IMG/VR virus record: IMGVR_UViG_3300042314_001187
Span: 1 to 64,000 of that record
Strand: one strand, 5' to 3'
DNA from: an uncultured virus (IMG/VR IMGVR_UViG_3300042314_001187)
Taxonomy: Duplodnaviria > Heunggongvirae > Uroviricota > Caudoviricetes
DNA: 64,000 bases
Below the pieces are notes generated by a model, which worked only from the letters and a program-made list of their open reading frames with translations, made no database searches and was not told the origin of the DNA. Shown here piece after piece: positions 19,050 through 28,791 of the stretch. Made by a program: the position numbers and the translations under genes. Position 1 is the stretch's first letter. Each line of letters opens with the position of its first letter.

Positions 19050-20132
19050 TTAACTTCTAGTATAGAAGTATTCCCAATTTGATACCGAACAACAAATACA
19101 ACCTTCAATATTTAGACCTGTAAGACTATATTTATTTGTTGTTGAGAAATAAGCATTACAACAATTTAAAGCAGTATTCGACTGTTGAAAACTTAAAGGA
19201 CCTAACGATAATGTCGATGGTGCAGGATTACTACAGGTTAATTGATATGTTGGTATTACCGTAATTTCATAGGTATCTGAATTAGTATACGATAAATTAG
19301 TATAATTATACTCATATTCAGTAGTATATAATTGAAATTCTTGACACGATGGTGAGGTATTTGTTGTTGTTGTTGTTGCAGTATTATCCGTATAGTTTGT
19401 TATTACAACACCATTCTTTTTAACTTGAGGATTAAATGACGATGTTGCCGAATTCGAATACGGTGATTTAACAAATGTACCTCCAAGATTTAAGTTAAAA
19501 TTAATACTAACACCATTAGGTAATGGTGGTGTCACAGTAACACTATATTTAAATTCTTCAACTCGTGGATTATTTACAGTTATCACTGTTGAACTTATTT
19601 CTGTTAACTTAATAACGTAATTAACTGATTCTATTAGAGCCGGAATTTCAACTAATTTACTAAAAATTGTACCTTCACTATCCTTAATCTTAACTGTTAA
19701 ACTTAAATCACCACACAAACCATCTTTAAATGGTGAATTACCATATGTAACACCATTATCGAATGAATACTGATACGGTGGTTGACCCCCTTCACCATAA
19801 AGAGTGATATTAGCATCACATTCACAAGACGGGTTATTTTTAACAACAATCATTGTTAATTCTTCATTATCTGAACATTCACCCTGTGTTGCAGTTATTT
19901 CATATTCCCTACCAACCCAAGTCCAATTCCCATTAATTGGTGGACTAGCGGGATTAATATTTATTACAGTATCAAACAAATTATATGTTGTACTAGAAAA
20001 TCTCCAACAATTTGGTGTTAATGTTGTATCCCAAATTATTTTAATTTGAGTATCATCCGATAACCACGATTGTTTACCATTATAATACCCATCACAATTA
20101 AAATGGAACTTATCTAAATCAAAAAAATACAT
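19050..20132 (-). CDS. beta-rich structural protein with SprB-like repeat; probable C-terminal part of a split gene
   Basis: GGQPPYQYSFDNG...VKIKDSEG; begins MYFFDL, as does 21583..22602. Confidence 0.7.
   Translation of the reverse strand: MYFFDLDKFHFNCDGYYNGKQSWLSDDTQIKIIWDTTLTPNCWRFSSTTYNLFDTVININPASPPINGNWTWVGREYEITATQGECSDNEELTMIVVKNNPSCECDANITLYGEGGQPPYQYSFDNGVTYGNSPFKDGLCGDLSLTVKIKDSEGTIFSKLVEIPALIESVNYVIKLTEISSTVITVNNPRVEEFKYSVTVTPPLPNGVSINFNLNLGGTFVKSPYSNSATSSFNPQVKKNGVVITNYTDNTATTTTTNTSPSCQEFQLYTTEYEYNYTNLSYTNSDTYEITVIPTYQLTCSNPAPSTLSLGPLSFQQSNTALNCCNAYFSTTNKYSLTGLNIEGCICCSVSNWEYFYTRS
20113..20132 (-). repeat. 20-bp direct repeat, copy 1 (ATGTATTTTTTTGATTTAGA)
   Basis: Exact match to 22583-22602; both copies are the first 20 nt of an ORF. 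Confidence 0.9.
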
Positions 20133-20172
20133 TTATATTTAAATCTTATTTATCATTTATCGTCGTCTATTA

Positions 20173-20541
20173 TCAATAATATCCACCCGTATCAATGGGT
20201 GTAAAATCCAAACAGAAATCAACACAAGGTGGTAATGTTGTTGTTGTTGTGGTTGATGTTGTTGTCGTGGTTACACTTAACACACAAGTACTTTTAATGA
20301 CATAATCACCATTTGAATCTGTAACAGTTGCGGTATATGACCCAACACTTAAATTAGTAATTGTTTGTGTTAGACTACCATTAGCCCAAGTTATTGAATA
20401 TGGCGGCGTACCACCATTGATAACTAAACTAGCAATACCATCTGACGCAGTTATTGTCGACGGATTTGTCGAATTACAAGTAACAGACATTGGGAATATT
20501 GTTAATACCCCACATTGATTCCTATTTGTTGATTCTGGCAT
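20173..20541 (-). CDS. SprB-repeat protein with poly-Thr linker; probable N-terminal part of a split gene
   Basis: GGTPPYSITWANG...NLSVGSYTATVTDSNG, poly-T tract; ends with TGA TAA TAG. Confidence 0.75.
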   Translation of the reverse strand: MPESTNRNQCGVLTIFPMSVTCNSTNPSTITASDGIASLVINGGTPPYSITWANGSLTQTITNLSVGSYTATVTDSNGDYVIKSTCVLSVTTTTTSTTTTTTLPPCVDFCLDFTPIDTGGYY

Positions 20542-20553
20542 AAATTATATTAT

Positions 20554-21543
20554 TTATAATAAATAATCAGTTTTTTGGTTTTTTATCAATGATTTCATAA
20601 CATCCACATACTTTTTTGTTGAACTATTATCTTCTATGTAGTCAAAATAATTATCATCCTCACTTAAAAGTTTAAGTGGGTTAACATTTATAAATTCACC
20701 TTTATAAAATTTGGTTTTACTTAAATCGTAAGTAACTCCAGCCATATGTAATATCGGTTTATTTTCATATTGTTCTATGGTGTCCGTAGCCCAAGAAAAC
20801 GATAATTTTTTAGTGACACGTGTTTCATTACCTCTTAACCAAAGATTCCATAATACCGCCCACATATCTGAAGTCCACATTTGAATCTCGTGCTGAATGG
20901 GATGAGTTTTATGAAAGTTAAATAACATTTTGTACAAATTTTCACTATCTTCAAAAACTTTCTCCCAATACAAATAATCAGTATTTTTAATTAGATATTG
21001 AGCACCTCCAGAATTAAGTTGATTTTCTTTAACAATCTCAGGTGATATTCCAATAACGTTACACATCCTGTCTAATAATTCACCTTCATATAATTGAATA
21101 TGGTTATCCTCATAACGTTTTGAACATTCTTTAATGTAATCATACCCAATGTATGAGATAGTGTCCGACAAATAACTAAAATCGTCATTTAATAGACTCT
21201 CAAAATCCGGTAACTCCCTAAAAATAATATCAGAATCGTGATAAAAATAACATTTACCTAATTCAGGGTATTCTTTTAACCATTTAGATAAAATTAAAGG
21301 TCTTAAAGTCGGGATATATCGTTTATCAATTCGAGTATCTTCATAATGATGAACATTAACCCCTAATTGTTTTAACATTAAAGATTCTTCACTAGGTTGA
21401 GAACCATTTAAAATAACAAACAAAACATGAATTTGATGAGGTTTAACCCCATTACTAATAAAATTATATATGTAAATTTTAGTTTGCCAATGAAAATACG
21501 AAATGTCAGGTTGTGCAGATACAAAAACTAATTCATCAATCAT
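20554..21543 (-). CDS. GT-A fold glycosyltransferase resembling peptide O-glycosyltransferases (GT96 SERGT1 / GT95 HPAT-like)
   Basis: YFHWQT, RYIPTLRP..LSKWL, YHDSDIIF (DxD), GGAQY, WTSDMWA, ILHMAG, in the same order as the plant YFDWQT, YPAINKP, DADM, GG, WISEMY, LHY motifs (recalled). Confidence 0.7.
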   Translation of the reverse strand: MIDELVFVSAQPDISYFHWQTKIYIYNFISNGVKPHQIHVLFVILNGSQPSEESLMLKQLGVNVHHYEDTRIDKRYIPTLRPLILSKWLKEYPELGKCYFYHDSDIIFRELPDFESLLNDDFSYLSDTISYIGYDYIKECSKRYEDNHIQLYEGELLDRMCNVIGISPEIVKENQLNSGGAQYLIKNTDYLYWEKVFEDSENLYKMLFNFHKTHPIQHEIQMWTSDMWAVLWNLWLRGNETRVTKKLSFSWATDTIEQYENKPILHMAGVTYDLSKTKFYKGEFINVNPLKLLSEDDNYFDYIEDNSSTKKYVDVMKSLIKNQKTDYLL

Positions 21544-21582
21544 AATATTTTTTATTTAAAAAATATTAAATATATTTGATAA

Positions 21583-22602
21583 TTAAATATCAAACGTTGG
21601 AAACGTATCTCCATCAACACATTTTATTAACTGTTTTAATAAACATTGTTGGTGATACATATTTTGCACAAAAGTATTAAAATTAGCTTGTGTAGTATTT
21701 GCAAAATTATTTCCAGCATCAACCCAAAAATTCGACACACTTTGAGTTGTTGTTATAAATTGATTATAATACGTATCACATTGAGGACAAGCTTTTGGTG
21801 ATGTTACACTACCAGTACCCATAAATTGCCAATTTTGACCGTTTAAATCACCTCTCCATACTTTACTAGTTGTTGATGACGATTGAGCAACATTAGTTAC
21901 ATTATATGGTCCTGCACTACCTCTTAGGTTTGATTTTGCTCTAGTTTCAAACCATTGATATTGACTATCTCTATAAAAGTTAGCTAACCAAGACGATGAG
22001 GTTGTTGTTGAACCAGCAATACCACCTTCAACTAAAATTTTAGTATAACGTTTTGCACCACCTATAGTGTCATTGTCTGATTTAACGTAAAGATTTTGTG
22101 TACTACCGTCAGTATTAGTTAGTCCAGGTTCTAACCAATTATCGCCAGGATTTCCACACAAAATTGCCGGTAAAGGTGAATTAGTTGGTGTAGTAACCAC
22201 ATTTCCACGACCACTACCTAACATAATATAACCATTAGTACTTACATAAAGAGCATTGGATGCTACACCCGCCATTTTATATGTTGTTGATAATCCTATT
22301 GGTGTGTCAGTCCAACCATTGTCAAACGTCGAAACAGTTCCATTTGTAAACCCACCATAATATGTATCATAATTATCATAATTTGAGGGCCAAACTAAAT
22401 TTAGACTTGAGTCATATTGATACGTAAATGATGTAGTATTGGAATTTTCATACCAATCCGTAACAGCATCTAATAACGCATCTTTAAACGTCATAAATGA
22501 AATACCAAAATCCTGCCAACCAAGAGGTTCTCCAAATAAATCTATAGAATCAGACCCAATTGCCTGTTTAATACACCAATCTTCTAAATCAAAAAAATAC
22601 AT
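21583..22602 (-). CDS. putative structural/adhesin protein with nidogen (NIDO)-like beta domain
   Basis: PIGL...G...LYVSTNGYIMLG pattern; 339 aa. Confidence 0.55.
   Translation of the reverse strand: MYFFDLEDWCIKQAIGSDSIDLFGEPLGWQDFGISFMTFKDALLDAVTDWYENSNTTSFTYQYDSSLNLVWPSNYDNYDTYYGGFTNGTVSTFDNGWTDTPIGLSTTYKMAGVASNALYVSTNGYIMLGSGRGNVVTTPTNSPLPAILCGNPGDNWLEPGLTNTDGSTQNLYVKSDNDTIGGAKRYTKILVEGGIAGSTTTSSSWLANFYRDSQYQWFETRAKSNLRGSAGPYNVTNVAQSSSTTSKVWRGDLNGQNWQFMGTGSVTSPKACPQCDTYYNQFITTTQSVSNFWVDAGNNFANTTQANFNTFVQNMYHQQCLLKQLIKCVDGDTFPTFDI
22583..22602 (-). repeat. 20-bp direct repeat, copy 2
   Basis: Exact match to 20113-20132; spacing 2470 bp. Confidence 0.9.
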
Positions 22603-22625
22603 ATTTTAGTTTATTTAAAATTTTA

Positions 22626-24770
22626 TTAACTTGTCTCACAAGATATTTCGTAATTGATTTTTAATTTAACTAAGATATTAGAATCTAATAAATTAACATC
22701 TGAACCACAATCAGATGTGATAGTAATTTTATTGGTGTTTGTATTAATTGTAACATTACCAATACCATCATAACCCAACAATAAATTTCTAACAGTAGTT
22801 GCAAATAATGTCTCACTTGGTGCGTCCGTTAATGATGTAGTCGTATAAAATATTAAACTTTCAGTTACCTCATTAACAATTGTAATTGCTTCAAAAGTAG
22901 CTTCATTTAAAATACAATTATTTTCATCAACAGTTAAATCCACATAACCTTCATTTAACATTAATATCGGTGTTTTTTCAAGTAATTCACCATTATTCAT
23001 AAATTCACTATCACATAAATTATAAATACCATAAGTAATTGCACAATTTACACCAACTAACACTATAGTCCTAATTTTAATACAACCATTATTATCAGTT
23101 ACTTTAGCCGTATATGTTCCCGCTGACAAACTTGTTACAAGTAAACCCGTCTGACCGTTAACATTATCACTCCATTCTATAGTGTAAGGAGCTTTACCTT
23201 TTGTTATAAACAATTGAATATAACCATTATTTGATGAATTCGCATTACCAGAATTATAAATGAAATCAACACCCTCTGAACTATTAACTAACACTGTTGA
23301 AGACTGAATACAATTTTCACCTGTATCTGTAACATTAACGGTGTAACTACCTGAAGGTAATGAACTAAATGTTGCGGTAGTTAAATTTGTCTCTATACTC
23401 TCACCATTCAATTCATACACATATGGGCCTGAACCACCAACAACATTAATTTTTACAATACCATCATTTTTAGAACAAGTTGTACCCGTTACTACAAAAG
23501 TAAATGTGAATACTTCTTCATTTAATATTTCATATTGATTAACATATTGACATCCACTACCGTCCGTAATTGAAAAAGTGTATGTATCGGAAGCCAATTG
23601 TGTAAAAGTGTATGTTGGTAGTGTCGTACTAATTGAATTCTCAACACCCGTTGTGTTAACTAACTTGTACACATATGGTGGTGTTCCTGATGAAATATTA
23701 ACATTTAATGTCCCTTGATTATTACCACACGATGAATTAGTTGTAGTTATTGACACAATATTAAATGATGATGGTGTGATTAACGCAACACTACTAATAA
23801 ACGAACATAATCCAGCATCCTGAACAAAATAATTAAAGTTACCAGCACCCAATCCATTAAAACTAATTGTCCTATCAAAAGTTACTGAGGTAGTACCGTT
23901 TGAACCCGAATAGAAAAATGGTGGAGTTCCACCTGAAAGTATTATTTCAATTGACCCATTATTACCAAAACAAGATGGTTGAGTCACAAAAAGACCCGCT
24001 TGTCCAACTAACGGAACTTTTAACACATCCGCAGTTTTAACAACAACACAACCTGAATTGTCACTAACAGTTACACTATAAGACCCCTGAGTTAAACCAC
24101 TTATTGACGATGTTGTTTTACCATTCGACCATAAATAAGTGTAAGGTGGTGAACCATTAATATTATTAATAAAAATTTTACCCGAATTAACGTTACAACC
24201 GGCATCATTAACAACATACAAATCATAATCTAAATTTGTCGAATCTTGGATAATAACACTATTTGTTGTTGCAGTACAACCACCATTATCAACAACTTTC
24301 ATATAATACGTTCCGGCACTTAACCCTTGAAATGAACGTCCTGACACTAAATTCGTTGTTCCCGATGTAATATAACCTAAAGTTGTGTGATATAGATAAT
24401 ATAAATTACTACCATAATCATATTGCGTGTAAGCACTTAGTGAACCATTGTTTAAATCACAAACAGTGTTAGTCACACCTGTTATTGTTGTACATAACCC
24501 ACTTGACACATAAATTGACGCTATCTGACTTTGATTTTCAGGGTCAATACAACTATCTTTAATTAAAAATGAGTACGTTCCAGCGGTTAAAGATGTTGCA
24601 GTGTACGCTGTAACTCCCGGTCCTAAAAAAACAGTACTTAAAGGTGGATTTACCCACTCAATTCTATAATCAGGAGCACTTCCTGTAATTGTAATACTGA
24701 ACGAACCACCACTAATATTACTACAGTCACCTGTTACACCAACAAGACTATAATTTAAACTACAACTCAT
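22626..24770 (-). CDS. SprB-repeat (Ig-like) fibre/adhesin protein
   Basis: About 7 repeats of C..NNG.I...GG.PPY.Y.W.NG...L..G.Y.V.V.D..GC. Confidence 0.8.
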   Translation of the reverse strand: MSCSLNYSLVGVTGDCSNISGGSFSITITGSAPDYRIEWVNPPLSTVFLGPGVTAYTATSLTAGTYSFLIKDSCIDPENQSQIASIYVSSGLCTTITGVTNTVCDLNNGSLSAYTQYDYGSNLYYLYHTTLGYITSGTTNLVSGRSFQGLSAGTYYMKVVDNGGCTATTNSVIIQDSTNLDYDLYVVNDAGCNVNSGKIFINNINGSPPYTYLWSNGKTTSSISGLTQGSYSVTVSDNSGCVVVKTADVLKVPLVGQAGLFVTQPSCFGNNGSIEIILSGGTPPFFYSGSNGTTSVTFDRTISFNGLGAGNFNYFVQDAGLCSFISSVALITPSSFNIVSITTTNSSCGNNQGTLNVNISSGTPPYVYKLVNTTGVENSISTTLPTYTFTQLASDTYTFSITDGSGCQYVNQYEILNEEVFTFTFVVTGTTCSKNDGIVKINVVGGSGPYVYELNGESIETNLTTATFSSLPSGSYTVNVTDTGENCIQSSTVLVNSSEGVDFIYNSGNANSSNNGYIQLFITKGKAPYTIEWSDNVNGQTGLLVTSLSAGTYTAKVTDNNGCIKIRTIVLVGVNCAITYGIYNLCDSEFMNNGELLEKTPILMLNEGYVDLTVDENNCILNEATFEAITIVNEVTESLIFYTTTSLTDAPSETLFATTVRNLLLGYDGIGNVTINTNTNKITITSDCGSDVNLLDSNILVKLKINYEISCETS

Positions 24771-27700
24771 TAATTACAACATAAATTTAAATTTATTCCA
24801 ACATTAATTTTAAAATTCAACCCCTGACTGTTTTCAGAACATATTGAATTATATATAATTACCTTACCATCATTAGTTAATGTATAACTATATCCATCAC
24901 TCTCTAAATCATCTAAGGCAACAACTAAAGCGTTATACCATTGAGTATTAGTTGGTGAACTAAACGCCAATACGTTATAACCAGAACCATTAAAAAACTT
25001 ATTTTGTATTATAATAGAGTCATTTAATCGTAAGTCAACATACCATTCAGTTTGAAGTGCGTTTAAATTACAATTATCAGCCGTTTTATCAATTGAGGTT
25101 AAATAATCATTAATCACTTTACCTAAAACACCTGAAAACGTCGTAATAGTATTACTTGTTCCTGATGGATATATAGAACACTCAACACTTTGGATAGGAC
25201 AATCTATCGGTAAAAAGTTACTAACGGTAGCACAAGGTTTACAAGGTACTGGCACTATTATACAACCTCTTTGTCTTCTCCAAGCATGTTTTTGTCTATG
25301 AAAAACTGAATTTTCGTATTTAACACCTGTTGTCCATATTGTTGTTGCCGGTATCATTTGTTCAACTAACCTAATCCAATAATCACCTAAACCATTTACA
25401 TATTGTATCATTGTATCATATGTAAAATTATTATTGGTTACCCCAATTGCCTTCTCAGATAGTAAATATTTCCAATAAATCGACTCTAAAGTTGGATAAC
25501 CCATTGATTTACCGTTAGTCATATATTGTCTATTTCTAACGTTAATCATATTTTTCCAAAATGATTGAGCAAATTCAAAAAACGTTTGTCTTTTTGGTTT
25601 TGGGTCGATTTCAGTCCAATCAACACCACCCTTCATTGGATATTGAACATTAGGAAATGACGATTGAAATTGAGTATTACTCATTTTCATATTATTGGTT
25701 GAGTATGGCGTTGGATTACAATGTGTCGGAGCAATGTAGAATAACCCCTCATTCGGTATAGGATAATTCACCTCTCTTGACATATACCACACGTCATAAA
25801 CCAAACCTTGAGCCGGATTCATATGTAAATCAATATTCTTAACATTTAAAACTAATTTTTCATCGTCAACAATATATTTTGAGTTGTAACCCCCATCTAA
25901 ATTAGCTCTAGTACCAACTTCGTTGATTACCCAACTTTTATTATTATCAATAGTTTTAGTTAAATTATACCCTAATGACATAAAAGGAAATCTTCTAAAT
26001 CTATCAAGATAAACTTGACCGTAAGTATAAGGAATTAATGAAGTTTGATAGTCAGGATTTGACCCAACAAAAGTATTACTTGTTCTCTTAATATCTTCCG
26101 GAGCTCTATGAGCCGGTGTTTGTTCAAACCATCCACTACCAATTTGGAAATAATAACTTTCACTATCATCAGGAGCTATCGGATAACCATAGTCATCCAT
26201 CGGAAATTCATTTCTCGTTAATGACACGTCTTTTATCGAAAATTCTGTGGTAACACCTGTATATGTAACACCTTGAAATGTGAACACGTCATTAGCATCT
26301 AACACAATTTTTTGTTCAACATAAGTACCACCTGAAATTTGAGCAAATTGTGAATTAAATTGACGTAAATTAATTGGTCTATCAACTAAATAAACATGTT
26401 CGTTAAATTCAACTAAAGCATCAGGAGCACCAATCAATCTCATTAAAGTCTCAACGGATTTACGAGTACCTTTTGATTTAAACAAATAAGCAGAATTTAA
26501 TATTAAATTTCTGAAATATTGATAATTTAACTCATCAGGTGTTAACGCGGTTTTAACTCCCGAAAATTGAGATTTATCTTGATTTTTTTCACCAAATACT
26601 GACTTTAAAAAATCCTCTTTAGTAATTGGGGATATATTAGTATTCCAACCTAATGTTTGGGCTAAATTTTTAAGTAATTGTGAAGGTATATCATTACCCA
26701 CATTATAATTAACTGAATTCATATACGCCAAAGCGTCTATGAATTTTTTAGTTTCATCAAAACTTCTACCGTATATCTGTAAAGTCTTTTCAGTTTTTTG
26801 CCCTATGGTATCAAACTCTTTAAATGAACCCGTAGTTAAAAACCTTGATATTAAATTTGTTTTATACCCGTCAATATTTTCAACAACATCATTTAGTTGT
26901 GTCAAATATAAATTAAAAGAACCTGTCATAATATCAATATTCCAAGTTCCATTTAAAGGCCAAGTCAATTTTTGTTTTGTTGAGATATAAGTACCATCGT
27001 CATTTTCAACAGGAACAGTAAAATTACTAGTGTATATTGGAGTACTCTGTCTATTCAATAAAAATTTCTCAACCTCATCAAAATTTTCATTAAAAACTTT
27101 ACTAACCTCATAATCGTTAGGTCTAATAACTATATTCTGAAATACCTCAGTATTATCACCAAATGGTTTACCACTTACCGAAACAGTTAACGTTCCGGTT
27201 GTTAATGAGTTTGTTGGTTGGATAAAGATAATATCACAAACTTCATTTTGGTAATACATCAAATATTTACTATATTCAACAGTTAAATTCCTTAATGGTG
27301 ATACAGGTATTTCTCTTAACTCTAAGTTTCTAGTCGACTCATTTGTAAAATCAATATCAAACTGATTTCGTATTCTTGTAATATCTAAATCAAATGTGGT
27401 AGTATTGTTTAACTTATTATAAACTATGTTACTAGCCGTTTTACCTGTAACATAATTAACCCCCACAAATGTTGACTCAATTGCTGCTGGGAAATAACTT
27501 ATTATTTTTTGAACTGATACCGAAATTCTTTTAGTTAAAGAACCATACATCGTAAAGTTAGTAACTTGACTTAAATCAAAATTTGGATATACCTTGAAGT
27601 TGGCTTCAAATACTTGTTTTGATTGTGCAATATCACTTAAACCTAAATTAGTTAGATTTATTGGTTCAGAAAATGTTCCCGTAATAAAATTACGGTTTCT

Positions 27701-27844
27701 CTTTTCTGTAATTGATGTTACAAAATTAAAATTCCCCTGTGTTAATCCACCACCCTGAACTAATTGGAATCCAACTAAATCGTCAGAGAATGTACCAGCT
27801 CCTGAAGCTGGTGTTGGGGGACAAGTATATTTTTTAATCGCCAT
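24770..27844 (-). CDS. baseplate wedge protein, P2 gpI / T4 gp7-like, extended
   Basis: IPSQLLKNLAQTLGW...RNLILNSAYLFKSKGTRKSVETLMRLIG motif at ~26430-26700. Confidence 0.7.
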   Translation of the reverse strand: MAIKKYTCPPTPASGAGTFSDDLVGFQLVQGGGLTQGNFNFVTSITEKRNRNFITGTFSEPINLTNLGLSDIAQSKQVFEANFKVYPNFDLSQVTNFTMYGSLTKRISVSVQKIISYFPAAIESTFVGVNYVTGKTASNIVYNKLNNTTTFDLDITRIRNQFDIDFTNESTRNLELREIPVSPLRNLTVEYSKYLMYYQNEVCDIIFIQPTNSLTTGTLTVSVSGKPFGDNTEVFQNIVIRPNDYEVSKVFNENFDEVEKFLLNRQSTPIYTSNFTVPVENDDGTYISTKQKLTWPLNGTWNIDIMTGSFNLYLTQLNDVVENIDGYKTNLISRFLTTGSFKEFDTIGQKTEKTLQIYGRSFDETKKFIDALAYMNSVNYNVGNDIPSQLLKNLAQTLGWNTNISPITKEDFLKSVFGEKNQDKSQFSGVKTALTPDELNYQYFRNLILNSAYLFKSKGTRKSVETLMRLIGAPDALVEFNEHVYLVDRPINLRQFNSQFAQISGGTYVEQKIVLDANDVFTFQGVTYTGVTTEFSIKDVSLTRNEFPMDDYGYPIAPDDSESYYFQIGSGWFEQTPAHRAPEDIKRTSNTFVGSNPDYQTSLIPYTYGQVYLDRFRRFPFMSLGYNLTKTIDNNKSWVINEVGTRANLDGGYNSKYIVDDEKLVLNVKNIDLHMNPAQGLVYDVWYMSREVNYPIPNEGLFYIAPTHCNPTPYSTNNMKMSNTQFQSSFPNVQYPMKGGVDWTEIDPKPKRQTFFEFAQSFWKNMINVRNRQYMTNGKSMGYPTLESIYWKYLLSEKAIGVTNNNFTYDTMIQYVNGLGDYWIRLVEQMIPATTIWTTGVKYENSVFHRQKHAWRRQRGCIIVPVPCKPCATVSNFLPIDCPIQSVECSIYPSGTSNTITTFSGVLGKVINDYLTSIDKTADNCNLNALQTEWYVDLRLNDSIIIQNKFFNGSGYNVLAFSSPTNTQWYNALVVALDDLESDGYSYTLTNDGKVIIYNSICSENSQGLNFKINVGINLNLCCN

Positions 27845-28752
27845 TATTGTGTTATATTTGTGAAGTTTTTACTGAAATCAATATTATCATTTCTATCTTG
27901 TCTAACTTCATATAATAATTTATTAAATTGGTCTCTAATTTCGTATAAGTTATATTGTCTGTAAATGTTGTTGTCATTATCGTACATCGTGTAAATACCA
28001 TCATCCATAGACTTAGTTTGGTTACCAAATAGAGCAATTGCCAATGTAGAAAAGTCGTGTTCCGCAATTTCAATATCTAATGTCAAAGGATTAAAAAACG
28101 TATTTGAAATAATTACGTTTTGGTTTGGTTGTCCTATATATGGTATAGATGTTGGTTTATTAGTTGGTGATGTTGATGGTGATAAAGTACAGAACATAAT
28201 GTTAGTAACAGTATCGGTATATCTATATCGAATTGATTTTTGTGATGTATTAGTTAAATTCTCAATCACCGGCTCACAATAAAATGATGAGGTTATTAAC
28301 CTAAAGAAATTTGGTATTTTAGTACCGTCAGAATTTAAGTATTCAACTCTAAATCCAACCAATCCTTGAGTTACAAATTTGTTTCTATACGCTGAAGGAA
28401 CTTGATTTAAATCAAATATAATACCTCTAACATTTGGTAATGCTGATAACACCCCACAATCTAAAATTTGTGTTCTTATTTCTGCCGGTCTAATAAATAA
28501 AGTATAGATACCTATTTTATTAAATTGTTCTGCTGGTAATCTTAAATTATATAAACCACCTAAAATTTCAACATTATTATTACCTCCCGTTTCATTATTA
28601 TGAAAATAAGGTCTTAAAACCGCAGTTGAATCTAACTTGGTTAATAAAAAATTATCCGTTTCATCTCTAGATGGTGTATAATTTAAAATTATATCAACAT
28701 CTTCAGGTGATACATCAGCCGGTCTTATTGTTCCATACGTTCCTGTAGCCAT
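27844..28752 (-). CDS. hypothetical virion/baseplate-associated protein
   Basis: 302-aa ORF inside the structural operon, coupled to the gpI-like gene. Confidence 0.7.
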   Translation of the reverse strand: MATGTYGTIRPADVSPEDVDIILNYTPSRDETDNFLLTKLDSTAVLRPYFHNNETGGNNNVEILGGLYNLRLPAEQFNKIGIYTLFIRPAEIRTQILDCGVLSALPNVRGIIFDLNQVPSAYRNKFVTQGLVGFRVEYLNSDGTKIPNFFRLITSSFYCEPVIENLTNTSQKSIRYRYTDTVTNIMFCTLSPSTSPTNKPTSIPYIGQPNQNVIISNTFFNPLTLDIEIAEHDFSTLAIALFGNQTKSMDDGIYTMYDNDNNIYRQYNLYEIRDQFNKLLYEVRQDRNDNIDFSKNFTNITQ

Positions 28753-28769
28753 TATTTAATCTCTTTTAA

Positions 28770-28776
28770 ATAAATA
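28770..28776 (-). promoter_or_regulatory. TATTTAT putative late promoter element
   Basis: 17 nt upstream of ATG 28752. Confidence 0.5.
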
Positions 28777-28791
28777 TCAATTTTATGTTTT

